A stretch of DNA of 64,000 bases from Veleropilina oligotropha (lineage: Eukaryota): positions 62,001 through 126,000 of the forward strand of contig JBEUKZ010000075.1 of the NCBI GenBank assembly GCA_048128005.1, given 5' to 3'. The position numbers and the translations under genes are program-made. The notes under the pieces were generated by a model. The model was not told where the DNA came from, did not search any database, and was given only the letters and a program-made list of their open reading frames with translations. This document shows positions 11,944 to 24,589 of this stretch, one piece after another. How positions within the stretch are numbered: position 1 is the first letter of the stretch; every line of letters starts with the position of its first letter.

Positions 11944-12840
11944 CCGTATTCGACCGTATAAGCGCACACACCCTTTTCTCGTGTCCAGATATGTTTATAA
12001 ATGTGAAATCCACGAACAACCGAGTGAAATTCAAAGGTACTCTCAGCGGTTTCAGCTGGCTATGCGGCTGCCATGCTTTTATGCACATTCACCGAGCTTT
12101 CCATCAATACGGGAGGGAGGGAGGAATGATGCTTAATGTCCTGTATATTTACAACATCGAGGTTCAAGGCAGGACATGTCCGTGTTATCGAGGGAGGAAA
12201 CTCCGGTCGCCCTGGTAAACCCGCCCTCTTCGGCCAGTCGCGGACAACTGTGATTCATAACTTGAACAAATGTCATGCCTCAGCCAGGTATTGAACCCAC
12301 CACTGTTCGCATTAGCGGAATCAAGCCAGTGAATTTAGAGTGGACACTCTTACCCACTGCGCTGCCGAAGCGGCCCCATCAATACGGAAACAAGGTTACA
12401 GTGTCATCATATGGATAGGGACTAGTCATTTAATGCTTGAAGGGATACCTACGGTATTCCTAGTCCTATTATAGGATATTGTTTGGGAAAATGAACGGTC
12501 CCTGTAGTCTTAGTAAATCACGTGACATTGATATTGATTTTATTCGTTGGAGGCTGCCATAGCAAGTAAGACTATTTTAACTGCTGATAAGATTGTTTTT
12601 GTGTTTAGTAACGATGTTTACAAATGATTTACTGTAGATAGTTCTTGTCAGAATAAATTGGTGTTATTTTACTTCGCAGATGTTTTTTTGTCGTTGCAAA
12701 GCATGCAAAGTGCCGTTCGAAACTGACGTCAGGAGGAAAGCAGAGATTTTGTTTCTTCTGCCTTGACATGTGCGCTTAAACGAACGACAAATTTATCGGA
12801 ATTTTTTTTTTTCCGCGTGCGCTTAAACGGTCGAATACGG
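11944..12840. mobile_element. Tc1/mariner (pogo/Tc2-like) MITE, TA TSD
   Basis: TA|CCGTATTCGACCGTATAAGCGCAC ... GTGCGCTTAAACGGTCGAATACGG|TA; carries a nested SINE. Confidence 0.85.
12113..12377 (-). mobile_element. tRNA-derived SINE (V-domain-like family), full length, nested in the MITE
   Basis: Reverse complement of the family at 45949 and 63287; flanked by the direct repeat CATCAATACGG. Confidence 0.85.
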
Positions 12841-12992
12841 TACACATTTATTTCAATGTTTAATATATATACCTAATAAATTACGTTGTTCGTTTTTTGC
12901 AATGGTATCAATCTTGTCTTCCGGATTGCCATTTGAGCTTCGAAAATGTTTATCTGCAAAATAAAATAAAGGAATATATATATATAATACTA

Positions 12993-14370
12993 AACAAGGG
13001 CTCCACGGAGCAGTATGTCCGCCTGATGGTGGGAAATTACGATATAATTTGCACGTACGGACGGAGCAACAACAATATCCCCGCTTCCTACAAGCGGGCC
13101 GACAGAAAGTGTTGTCCAAGTTTGGTGATCATAGGACGTGTAGTATTCCAGACACTGAGCTAAATGCAAAACTTAACGTTGAAAAATACTGAAGTCATTT
13201 GTTGACGGACGGACAGAGCAACAACAATACCCCCCGCTTCCTTCAGGTGACAGACATAAAGTGTTGTCCAAGTTTGGTGATCAAAGGTCCTGTAGTATTC
13301 CAGACACTGAGCTAAACCCCAAAACTTTGTTGAAAAATACCGAAGTCATTTGTTGATGGACCGACAAACAGACAGAGCAACAACAATATCCCTCGCTTCC
13401 TTCAGGCAGCGGACAGAAAGTGTTGTCCAATTTTGGTGATCATATGACTTGTCGTATTCCAGACACTGAGCTAAACGAAAACTTAGTTGAAAAATACCGA
13501 AGTCATTTGTCGATGGACAGACAAACAGATAGAGCAACAACAATATCCCCCGCTTCCTTCAGGCGGCGGACATAAAGTGTTGTCCAATTTTGGTGACTTG
13601 TCGTATTCCAGACACTGAGCTAAACGCAAAACTTAACGTTGAAAAATATCTAAGTCATTTGCACGTAAACGTATGTCAAGGTGGCGAGGGCAGCACCGAT
13701 ATGTAATGGGCACTCTATAACAAAGTTGTTGTCTAATTTTGCAGTATTCCAGAAACTGAGCTAAATGCTAAAATTAACGTTGAAAATGGTGAAAAATACC
13801 GGTCATTTGCGCGTAACAAGTAGGTCAAGGTCACGATGGGCAGCGGACAGAAAGCGAGGGCAGCACCGATATGTAATGGGCACTCTATAACAAAGTTGTT
13901 GTCCAATTTAGGCGATCATAGGACTTGCAGTATTCCAGAAACTGAGTTAAACGCTAAACTTAACGTTGAAAATGGTGAAAAATACCCAAGGCATGTGCGC
14001 GTAAAAACTAGGTCAAGGTCGCGAGAGCAACACCGATATATAATGGGCACTCTATAACAAAGCTGTTGTCCAATTTTGGTGATCATAGGACTTGTAGCAT
14101 TCCAGAACCTGAGTTATAAACGCTAAACTTAACGTTGAAAATGGTGAAAAATACCCAAGTCATTTGCGCGTAAAATGTAGGTCAAGGTCACGAGGGCAAC
14201 ATCCATATGCAATGTGTACACTGTAATAAAGATACTGTCAAATATGATGAACCTAGCACTTACACTTTGTTGGAAAGAGAGCTAAACACAAATCTTAACA
14301 ATTGTTGACGCCAACGACGCCGGAAAAGCTATACCTATGTCCGGCTTCTGCTCCGCAGGCGGCACAAAAA
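12993..14370 (-). mobile_element. Non-autonomous Helentron derivative (HINE) with internal ~150-190 bp tandem units
   Basis: AACAAG end plus hairpin GCTCCACGGAGC; subTIR TGTCCGCCTG / CAGGCGGCACA; GACGCC microsatellite and A-tract at the other end. Confidence 0.75.
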
Positions 14371-15609
14371 CATTGACTGATTGATGGTGCAAATAAGTAC
14401 CTTAAATAATTTTCTGTTGTTAATATTACATATTAATTCAATCAAACTATATGTGGTTGCCACCAAAGCAGTGATTGTCCTATGCCCATATTGTTGACTG
14501 CATCTGTACATGCCACCAGAGAAAAAGTGCAAAGTATTCAGAAAAAATGTCAAGGTCACGATAATTCAATGCGATCTCCGGTAATCCCCACAAGGCATTA
14601 ATCGACTAAATACAAATGAAATTGGTTAATTCTGTCCTGTATTTAGGCTAAATATAATAGCATCCTATGAATAATTCTAATAGTCACTGAGCACCTGTCC
14701 TAGCTATATATGCTGGTGAGCATGGTGAGTGGTTGGAACTGCGATAATGAGGTGAACGCCTAGCACATATACAGCAGTGGAAGCGTCATTACGCAGCCGA
14801 CCGCATTCACGAATTTATAATTAGATATTAAACGTAATATGACTATATTTATATGTGCATTCATTTTTACTTAAATAGCATTTAAAACAATGTATATATA
14901 TATATACAGTATAGCGTTCCATAGTGTGTTAATATATTTTATTATCTCTATGAAAATAATAAAGAATATGTAATATATAGCATTATTGATAATTAAGAGT
15001 TGCATTTAAAAACTATGGCCTCCATGATGTCAGCCTTTAACAGTAATGGTAACTATAATCGATAAACTTATTGTCTTGATATTCCACTTCAATGATTTAA
15101 AATGTTTGTTTTTGTGGCCATATGTTATGCATTTTTCAATCACATTGGATAGGAGTCTGGACAGAATTCTGACAAACATATATAATACTAGCTATTGGCT
15201 TATATATACTGCCTTCTATCATTTAAATGGGAGACTATATACATATAATGGGCTACCTCTAAACTTCTTACACACCTAACATCGCTGCGGTCATGCATTT
15301 ATGAATTGTAGGCACAGGACCACACCACACAAGACGACAACACCTCTGTTATCACTTTGCATCAGTGCGAATATATAGACTGAATTCATCTGTCTTGATT
15401 AAATTTGTTCGCTTTGCTAAATATTTATTAAATATAATAATCACTACCGGTATCATAATTATAAATTCATACATTTTATAAATCTTATCATATTATTGAA
15501 CATTCAAGGCATAGAAGGTGTAAATGAGGGTGCCATATTTAATGTGCAATTTCAAATTCACTAGAAAACAGCATATATGGACATATACAATACAATTTAA
15601 GGTTATTAC

Positions 15610-15685
15610 CTTGATTTCCATGACAAGAATGATATTGTGATAACAACAGTATCACACAGAAAACCGTTGGTAACAATACCATCAT
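15610..15685 (-). CDS. Candidate alternative first coding exon of the NPDC1-like gene (signal peptide MMVLLPTVFCVILLLSQYHSCHGNQ)
   Basis: ATG-initiated hydrophobic signal-peptide-like sequence ending in CAAG|gtaata (phase 1), compatible with the acceptor at 11207. Confidence 0.6.
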
Positions 15686-16382
15686 ACATTCAGTTTTCGC
15701 TATAGCAGAAAAATTCAAAATAAATCCATAAATGTCAGTAAATTTCAAGTAACGCTCTGAGCAGCCATATTGGCTCCATGGTCGACTCCCAGCGATGAAT
15801 ACCACTCCGACTGCCAACTGTTGATATCCCACTGCAGATAACAGTGGCCTATGAGCAATCAATACTAGCAGCTGTACATGCACAGTGACAGATGGAAGCA
15901 GGGCTATGAAACGTCACATTCCCAATTCATGATTTTATAGAAATCGATAATCTATAAACAACTTTTATAATTCACACAGAATAATAATACTAGTAGATTT
16001 TTATCATCAATTTATATATTAATTATCATTGGCATTAACCAAATCTGTAATCAACTAATCGGAGCAGCTTCCGTGAGTGAATAGTTAATGTGTCAGACAC
16101 TCAATCGAGGCTGTTAGATGGGTCCTGAGTTTGAGTCTAGTCGACAGCTCATTTTATTTTTTAAAATAATCTAACAATTTACAAATAAAGGTGGTCATTT
16201 TAAAATAAATGTATTTAGGTAACTACAATACAGAAATTGTTTTTATAAGAAAATCATATCACATTTAATAGTGTGATGTAGATTTAAAATTTGTCTATTG
16301 CTTGGAAAACAAAAATCTATACATATATATATTTTAGTAAATTACATATATATAGAAAACAAAAATCTATATATTATATATC

Positions 16383-16637
16383 CTGTGTTCTCCCCGGGCA
16401 CTTATACGGTGGCGGGTCCGCCACGCTATGATCCCTCCCCGCCACCTTTCCACACCTTTAAAAAAACCCAAAACCCCAAATATTCACCCCATTGAAACCT
16501 AATAATTAATATATACAAATATACATACATACATACATACATGCATAAATACATACACACACGCACGCGCGAACACAAGCGACCCCTCCGCGACATTATT
16601 CCCCCCGCGTTATAATTTCAATCCGGGGAGAACCCTG
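16383..16637. mobile_element. hAT-like MITE, 5-bp TSD ATATC
   Basis: CTGTGTTCTCCCCGG / CCGGGGAGAACCCTG ends; ATATC at 16378-16382 and 16638-16642. Confidence 0.7.
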
Positions 16638-18580
16638 ATATCTAATATTAATTATCCTACAGTGGCACTGTTAATTATCCCACAGTGGCACTGTTATAGT
16701 GTTAATTATCCCACAGTGGCACTGTTATGGAAAAATCTATGATTGTGACGAAATCTTTATATATATTTAATACCGGTAGTATAATATTGTCACAGATTCC
16801 TCCTGGCCGCACATCGCCGGTCCTGCTACCGCTCTTCAAGACCACCAGGACCATAATCAATATCTGAGACCAGATAGCGACTGTTTCTTGTCGCCAGCAA
16901 TCCACTTGCAGATACAGGATGCCTCAAACCGAGAAAAGACGTGTTCTCTCGAAATAATCGATAGTCAAACCACACATAGTCGGGTCCAATTTCGCAAATA
17001 AAGAATGTAGAGTGTTTGTTCAAAATTCTGTAAAGCAATAGCATCATCGATTCACTGCGACGGTATAGCGGGGAGCACGATTTACCTCAATCTACCAGAA
17101 TCCACTTTATAATTAATAAAATCGCTGTCAACTGCGCGTTTATTAGACAAGTAATAAATATAATATCAATTTTATTAACATAGCTTCAAATCGTGTTTTT
17201 TTCATAATTTATAGATATATATATATATATTATATCAACTTAGTTAACAGCCCAACAGGCAAGCTACTTCGTGGCTTTGCCAGAATGGACCAACCTATGC
17301 AATTTGACAATAGCAAATCTAGACTGGTCGTAATTAAATATGGATGATGTTACCAATATGCTGCTTGTCCACTTATTTGAAAAAAATCACAGCAACTTTA
17401 AGAGATCAGGCTCGCTATGACTGTACAAGGCCACGGCTGATTAGGTGGACACTGAGCTATGTTCCAGGCACACGGCAACGCACTTAGTGGACTTTGTGCT
17501 CAGTGTCACTTAAGCGACCTTTGTCTACAAGTGGATAATATTCAGGCCACGTAGAGTCTCCATGAATGTAGCCCGGGTAATGATGATGGCATCCAACAGA
17601 GATTCCCTCATTATACGGTTAACTCGTTAGGGGCTAAAAAAATCAATATATTGATAGATTCTTGCCCGTCGTAACAGCGCCACACTTAATTCTGAATAGC
17701 AGTGAAATTAATTACATCAAACAATCGCTGTTGGAGAGACGACTCCAAGGTATGGATTCGTTCTAACGATTAATCGATGCGTAAATGAAACAATCTCAAT
17801 TCTTTGGGATACCAATCTTTCATCAATGCGAGGAAGCTGTGGAACTGTTGTACTTGTAACCATAACAATGTCACGCAAATTAATGTGCCCAGTCACATGA
17901 AAATGCGCTATTTTACAGTAATTAACCAAGTTTGATATATGTTATTAATAAAAATATTATTTTATGTTCCCTGTGGTCGATTCAGAATGGAGTTGAAATG
18001 GTACAAGTTCTAACCGAGACAGCATCCAACCTCAACTTTATCATGCAGAGCAAAAACAACCAAGCAGATTTATACATTTTTTGACGTCTTGTACATGTCA
18101 AACGATTTTGGGAAAACATTGAAACAAACATTGTCAAATGATCATCCATGAAGAGTTTATACTTCTGCAACTCTTTAATTCACAGTGGACATGGTGGATG
18201 GTATATCAGCCTATTAAGGACAAGCAGAACTTTATATTAGTAATGAAGATATGGAGACGTTTGAGAAGATGTTGTTATTGTTTCCAAGTGATGACATCTA
18301 GTGAAAAGGTGTTTACTTACTTTGGAATAGGATTGTGAAATGTTCTTCAACATTTTGACTGCTCAGCTAGCAGACTGTGGTAGATGGCGGGCAGCTGGTA
18401 TCCCTAGTCACAGTCGATGGTGGTTTTACATTGGCGGATGTAAATGGCCTCCTTGACTTTACGTTTCATCTAGTCAGGTTTGCAGGTGAGGATTGAAGTG
18501 TTCACTGTCAAGCCACAAGTCACTACAAGCAACAATTCAATCTTCACCTGCGAACCCGACTGGACCAAACACAAAGTTAA

Positions 18581-19218
18581 AGTTGCATTGCCCGTATATA
18601 TCGGATATCGTCCTACCATGGCCTATTTACATGTATGTGGATGTTATAAAAAGTTTTCATGATTCAAGGTGAAAGAACCTACATTGTTTGTTGTTTTATA
18701 ATAAAAAATCACTGCTGAAATCGGCGCTGGCCATTCTATGTTCGTTCTATGTGGCGGCCATTAAACTTGGCAAGGATGCATACATTTCGTGTACACCAAA
18801 ATCGTTTTGTCCTAAAAATGACATTTCGTCCATTTTCGAGCAAACTTTTTTTCGAAACATACAGATGTTACGTCAAATATGAATGAATTATTTATCTAAG
18901 TTGCATGCAATGTGAGAGTATTGTAAAATAGTAAATCAGTGATAATGTTGGATCTCAACCTTCAACAAATCCCAAGGTAACTTCTGCAGTGCCAAGCGAG
19001 ACGAAATTTCTTTCTGCAAAATGGCCGCCACCCATAATAAAAAGGGGTCCCCTATTAATTATTTTTTACTTTTAATTCGTAGGCGCTCCAGGTACCCCGT
19101 CTATAGAATTTTTTGGGAAAATTGCAAAGTTTCTAACTTTAGGTAACTGGCAAAAATACATTTGCAGTCCGGGGTTTAAAATTAAAAGCATTTTTCGCTA
19201 CTTACGGGCAATGCATCT
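18581..19218. mobile_element. Kolobok-like non-autonomous DNA transposon, TTAA TSD
   Basis: TTAA|AGTTGCATTGCCCGTA ... TACGGGCAATGCATCT|TTAA; removing it restores the Penelope reading frame. Confidence 0.85.
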
Positions 19219-19325
19219 TTAAGGAGGTCATCCACATCTGCCAACGTAAATCCACCATGAACCGTGACCAGGGATACCATCTATCACAGCCTGCTACCAG
19301 AGCAACCCCTGCGGCCAACAAGATA

Positions 19326-19370
19326 ATTTTGTGATCAAGACAGCTTGCTGAGAATTCGAAATGTCGAAAG
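19326..19370 (+). ncRNA. Degenerate minimal hammerhead ribozyme motif (G3:C8 core variant) in the Penelope pLTR
   Basis: TTTT-GTGATCA-A-GACAGCTTGCTGAGAATTC-GAAA-TGTC-GAAA. The inverted copy supplies GCTGAGCAGTC, implying an ancestral stem II GACTGCT/AGCAGTC. Confidence 0.5.
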
Positions 19371-19975
19371 AACATTTCACAATCCTGTTCCAGATTAAGT
19401 TAAAAACCTTTTCACTATATGAAGAATTCCCACATCATTACAGTGGTGCATGCAACGCAAATATATATATCCATTTGCTTTTTACTTTCGTCTTTGTCCT
19501 TACAGTCATTGAGAACATGTGCTGACAATCTATATACGAAATGAAAACCAACGACTTCCATCGATATACAACATCCTTGGTCGATAGCCTCCCTGGTACC
19601 TGGTAGACAACGATCACAGAGATTCATACCTGTACACAGTGGAATGGAATCGAGTGTATAGTAATGATGCCAAACAATCACGTCACTTAATGTTGTGATC
19701 AAGGATTAACAGATGTACACTCAGACAGTCAGCTGAACACAAAAATCGACTTCATTGTCAAACATGTCAAGTTTTCTATTTGTAAATCAGTACAATGTAC
19801 ACATTCTGGAGTTGAACCCTGAGGTGATACAGTAATTGTCACGACGTCATTAATTAGACATTAAATAGTTCAACTTCAAATAGTGTAAATTTATTATTTC
19901 AAGTGAATGTACGACATTTTCACTATTGTAAATTGTAAAATGCTGCACAGTGGTGAAAGTGCAGAAATATATTTG

Positions 19976-21890
19976 ACAAGAGATTGCCACTTAGTGGCGA
20001 TTGTCCCCCGCCCGTATATTTTTGCACGCTGTGTATCAGTAACTCAATGAGAATTAAGAAAGATTTCCTGCCATCAGAGGCTAAAGAGATAGATATGCAC
20101 CCAGAGACTAAGTGTAAATATACTTCAAGTACATAAATTAAATAATTTTCATTATTCGAACTTTAATTAATTATCCATCTCATTATGTGGTTAGTTGATC
20201 TTTGAAGTTTCAGAAAGCTAACATTTCTCTAAATGGAAAATTTAGTTGAGAGAAAATTGATAAATTTCATACATCCAAAGACTATGTTTTAAATCAGCAA
20301 AAGTCAGCAATAAATTAAGGTTTCAAAAAATCCCCAATATTTGAACCTGATCTACCCCATGATGGGGTTAATTGATCATAAAGTTCCAGAAAGCTAGCAT
20401 CTCTGTAAATGAAATAAGTGCATGTGACAAAATTGACCACATCCATACTTGCAGAGACTTATAATGTACAAAATCGCAAAAAATTCATAAATTTAAAGAA
20501 AAAGAAAAAAGGAAAGGATGCAATGCTTATTGTCCTGTATATTTCCAACCTATTTAGGTTCAAACCAGGACATGCCGGTATTATTGCGGGAGGAAAGCCT
20601 GGTCGCCTGGTGAAACCCGCCCTCTTGGGCCAGTTACGGACAACTGTGATTCATAACTTTGATATGATTGATCGTTAATGTTTGAGAAAGCTAAAAATTA
20701 TCGATATGAAAAAAATTGTGAGAAAATAGATCACATCTATGCTTCCAGAGACTATGTTCAGAAGTGCTGAAAAGCCACCAAAAAAAGAAATTCCGCAAAA
20801 TTATATGTCTCACCCATCCCCGTTTACTTTGAAAAGAGCCACATTTTCAGTTTGTAAAGTAAGAATTCAGAAGTACTACCTATGCAGTGCTGATCCTAAT
20901 ATAGTTATTGTAAAACTTAAAGTTTCAGAGAAGCAGAAATCAAGACAAAATCTTATTATTATATGCTCAAGATTAAACATATTTAGCAGCCAATCCATGA
21001 CAAAATGGTATACCGAAAAGGACTCTAACCTTGACCAGTTGAGGAGGGTGATATTAGACACGGGATACAGTCTGTTCTTGTTATGGCAATATATACTGCC
21101 ATCTCAAGATACCGATGGAATAATCCATCCGATTTTGATAATCCCAACTTCTCAGAGTGACCATTAAGCTTAATAGCTTACTGTGCCTATCGGCAGTGAG
21201 CAAGTCTTACAGATAAGCATATGTCCCTTTCATCATACAAACATAATACTTACATACTATAACTGCTTCCTTTCTATCCGCAATATTTCAAGGCATAATT
21301 AAACTTTTCAGAATAACTGCTCTAGTGTGTAGGCATAGCAAAAATAGCAACTTCTTCATAAATTTGTTTGGGGGCGGGGGGCAGCATGAGAGGTGGGGGT
21401 GGGGGGGGGGGGAGGTGCGACAAATTGGAAGGACATGTATGTGCCTCCCTCAGCTCAAGTTTCAGAAAGCTACCATTTCTCTAAATGAAAAAAAGATGTA
21501 AGAAATAGATCACAGCCATGCTTCCAGAGACTATGTTCAAAATTGCCGAAAATCACCCAAAAAACAATAAATTTTTAAAATAAGTTCACAATATTCGAAC
21601 TTGATATACCCAATGATGTGGTTAGTAATCTGTAAAGTTTCAGAAAGCTAGTATTTCTCTAAATGGAAAAAAACAATGTGAGAAATTGACCATATCCATG
21701 CTTCCAGAGGCTATGTTCAAATTCGCCGTAAAGTCGCCAAAAAACCATACGTTTCAAAATAAATTTCTGATATTCGAACTTGATCTACCCAATGATGTGG
21801 TTAGTTCATCTGTAAAGTTTCGGAAAGCTCCCATTTCTCTAAATGGCAAAAAAAGATGTGACAAAATCCGTATTCTAAGCTTTTTATTTC
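19976..21890 (-). mobile_element. Degraded HINE with ~185-bp internal repeats and a partial SINE (20515-20660)
   Basis: ACAAGAG end plus hairpin GCCACTTAGTGGC; recurring AAAGTTTCAGAAAGCTA...CTCTAAATGGAAA units at ~20205, 20381, 21458, 21635, 21814. Confidence 0.6.
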
Positions 21891-22534
21891 ATTTTACAAT
21901 ATGAATTAAATGATGTGTAACGAACACAATAAATGTTGTCTTAAATCGTGTCAACCAACTTTAAATGATGACGCTGTGTCCAATATAGAGCGTATTTAAT
22001 AAAAAATCCTGACACACCTGGAATCAAACTCGTTTCTCTGGCGTTGTTGTCCAGCAGCATGACTCCGCCGACGCCCCGCAATTATAAGAAGATTAGCATA
22101 TATTATTAACGTACATTTTGATATAATTGTGTGACAATCTATATTTGGCCTAACAAAAAACACTATTGATCAACAGTGTCTTATTTAGTGCAACGCACAG
22201 CATCTAAAATAATCTATCGATCGCCACTAAAATACGACGAAAATCCATGAGGAGCTGTGCATCAGCGGATCGGCAGCGCATGCAACATTAATTAGTGCCT
22301 GCGGGCAAGGAAAAATGCCGATAACAAGACATTTGTGTGCACGTAGGATGGAGAAAAACCATTTAATGTAGTGACAATGAGTATCACGTAGACTATAATA
22401 ATAGAAGCATTATGGCCGTGCAATGACAGGTGTCATACAACATATAAATACTATGTACAGGCCAATTTAAATAGACAATGAATATAAATTTATAAGGTGC
22501 TATTCCTCACATTATCATGAGAGGTATATAATAA

Positions 22535-22843
22535 CGGCGTTCTTTCGGTACTTCCCCCACAGCTCCGGCTTTTATCATATTTAAGGAGCTCCGGCTTTTA
22601 TTTGTCTTAAATTCACGGCCTATGATAAGATACATGTGATGGGTACGTAGTTGTATTGGCATTACAAACGTATATACACCGGACCGCCACGTGAGCCTGG
22701 ACTGACCGAGGTTCACCTGTTGCTAGTCCCCATGGATTTAACATTAACGACGCGTCCAAAGTCGTCCTTTTATCGGAGATGAAAAACCGGATTTCCAAAG
22801 TTGAGTAAAAGCCAGAGCTATGGGGGAAGTACCGAAAGAGCGC
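22535..22843. repeat. Inverted-repeat element (~40-bp arms)
   Basis: GGCGTTCTTTCGGTACTTCCCCCACAGCTCCGGCTTTTA versus TAAAAGCCAGAGCTATGGGGGAAGTACCGAAAGAGCGCC. Confidence 0.7.
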
Positions 22844-22849
22844 CAAAAT

Positions 22850-23910
22850 AATTAGCATATCCTCGACCCAGCAAGTCAAGGGTTTAAGCTGCCACGTAGG
22901 GTTTAAGCTGCCATTCGTGGCTGATTCGACAAATAACCAAATCAGAATTTGGCTAATTTTCTTCAAATTTACCATTTATCCAAAAAGCTATTTAAAGCAG
23001 ATTTACTCAAATGTATATATTCAAATTAAATTAATGTGAAGTAATAATCATATAATTATTGAGAAAATTGTGTAATTTACACTTTGGATTTTGAAAAGTT
23101 TCACTTTTTAGCAATGTAGAAGATTGTGAAATTACAAATTTACTCAATAAGACATGTAAGATAGAGAAATGATTGAGAAACATCAAAAAGCATTTGTCAA
23201 TATTTTATTTGGCTAAATTGCTATTATGTTTGGCTAAAGATTTATTAAGACAAATTATCCAAATCACTAAATACAAATTTCAGGCAGCTTAAACCCTGGC
23301 ACGGGAGCAAAAATGATTAGGCGGTGTGTCCTCATCATAACTAACATGCCATACTAAATTGGAATCAAATTATATTACAATTTTTCACTGTAGAGCGCGC
23401 ACACGAAATCTCTGCAAACAAAATGTCCGTCGTGATCTTTGATCTGAAAACGACGAAAATCATTCTAAAGGTGGCGTGTCCTCATCATAACTAACGTGCA
23501 TACTAAATTTGAATCAAATCAGATTATAACTTTTTACTCTAGAGCGCGTGCAAGAAATCTATTGAAACAAAATGGCTGCCAGGGTGGCCATCTTGAAAAC
23601 GAAAACAACCACATTTATTAAGCGGCGTGTCCTCATCATAACTAACATGCATACCAAATTTGAATGAATTCGGAACTGAAATTTTCACTGTAGAGCGCAC
23701 ACAAGAAATTTCTTGAGGACAAACTTAAATGTGAAAACAACGAATATTGTTAGGCTGCGTGCCCTCATCTGATCATAACTAACGTGCACACCCAATTTAA
23801 GTCAAATCGTATTAGAACTTTTCATGGTAGAGCGCACACAAGAAATCTCTGCGACAGCTGAACAATGATTAAACCATACTATCCCCGACTATTCTCCGGG
23901 GATACAAATA
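22850..23910 (-). mobile_element. HINE with ~150-bp tandem units, interrupted by a hAT-like MITE
   Basis: End TCCTCGACCCAGCAAGTC shared with 42795-43500; GTGTCCTCATCATAACTAAC units; terminal hairpin TATCCCCG...CGGGGATA. Confidence 0.75.
22897..23298. mobile_element. hAT-like MITE
   Basis: TAGGGTTTAAGCTGCC / GGCAGCTTAAACCCTG TIRs; flanks CCACG and GCACG (5 bp, 1 mismatch). Confidence 0.75.
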
Positions 23911-24380
23911 AATGCTCATGAGATCTTTCCTTCACGTCTTACTGAAAAATTAATTGTTTGGAGTCCCTAATTACTAAAAGTACACTAAAAGTATTAGTAT
24001 TTAAACCATTACTTACACTAATGAAGAAAACACATGGCTTCAGTAAATCTGTATTATCTCATCATTACAATAATAGGTGCAACTATTTTGTTCACTATAA
24101 AACAGTAATAGCTCTGGGCGAGTTTCCACAATAATACTAAGGGACAGAGTTTTGGTGAATCTATTAGTGCCAGTTTGACAATAAGAGGGACCATGTTCTG
24201 GTGCAACCATTTTTCCATGTATTACCACAATAAAAGCGTCCGAGTTCCTTGAACTTACATTTGTGTCGAGTAATTAAATATGGAGCGGTATATTAGTCCT
24301 TCAAGCTCCACTAACTTGCATTTGCTATGAGCTGCTGTGCCGTGGTAAGCATATATTTATTATCAGTTCCTTCAACTTAC

Positions 24381-24548
24381 AATTGCTATGAGCCGCATGG
24401 AGTGGTATGCATTTCCCCTCCTCGTTTTCGATGTAACCTGCTCGGCAGGACCCACACAGTCCCCTGACGGGGTCGTGGCAGTGGTGGCGATTATACAGGT
24501 GGCACTCACTGGGGTCTGGGCATCGTGCTTCTGTCAGCTTCGTGAGAT
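24381..24548 (-). CDS. NPDC1: NPDC1-like gene, Cys-rich ectodomain exon (CPDPSECHLYNRHHCHDPVRGLCGSCRAGYIENEEGKCIP)
   Basis: ctctattcag acceptor and gtaagt donor, 168 nt, phase 1-1. The six-Cys spacing matches the NPDC1 N-terminal CPGSLDC...RC....CGPC.......GLCVP. Confidence 0.85.
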
Positions 24549-24589
24549 CTGAATAGAGAATAAAGTTCAAACCAACACACAATTAAATT

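Larger units (their letters stand above)
18298..19420. mobile_element. Penelope-like element remnant: two inverted 3'-end (pLTR) copies
   Basis: After removing the TTAA insertion, the plus copy reads EPDWTKHKVKEVIHICQRKSTMNRDQGY. The minus copy (18298-18502) reads KRKVKEAIYIRQCKTTI..GYQLPAIYHSLL. Both match the GIY-YIG C-terminal motif of Penelope ORFs. Confidence 0.8.

Noticed and set aside
19500..19530. Possible extra NPDC1-like micro-exon (tatatag|ATTGTC...GACT|gtaagg, minus)
   Set aside because: Its 26 nt would break the phase 1-1 frame, and it sits among Penelope remnants.
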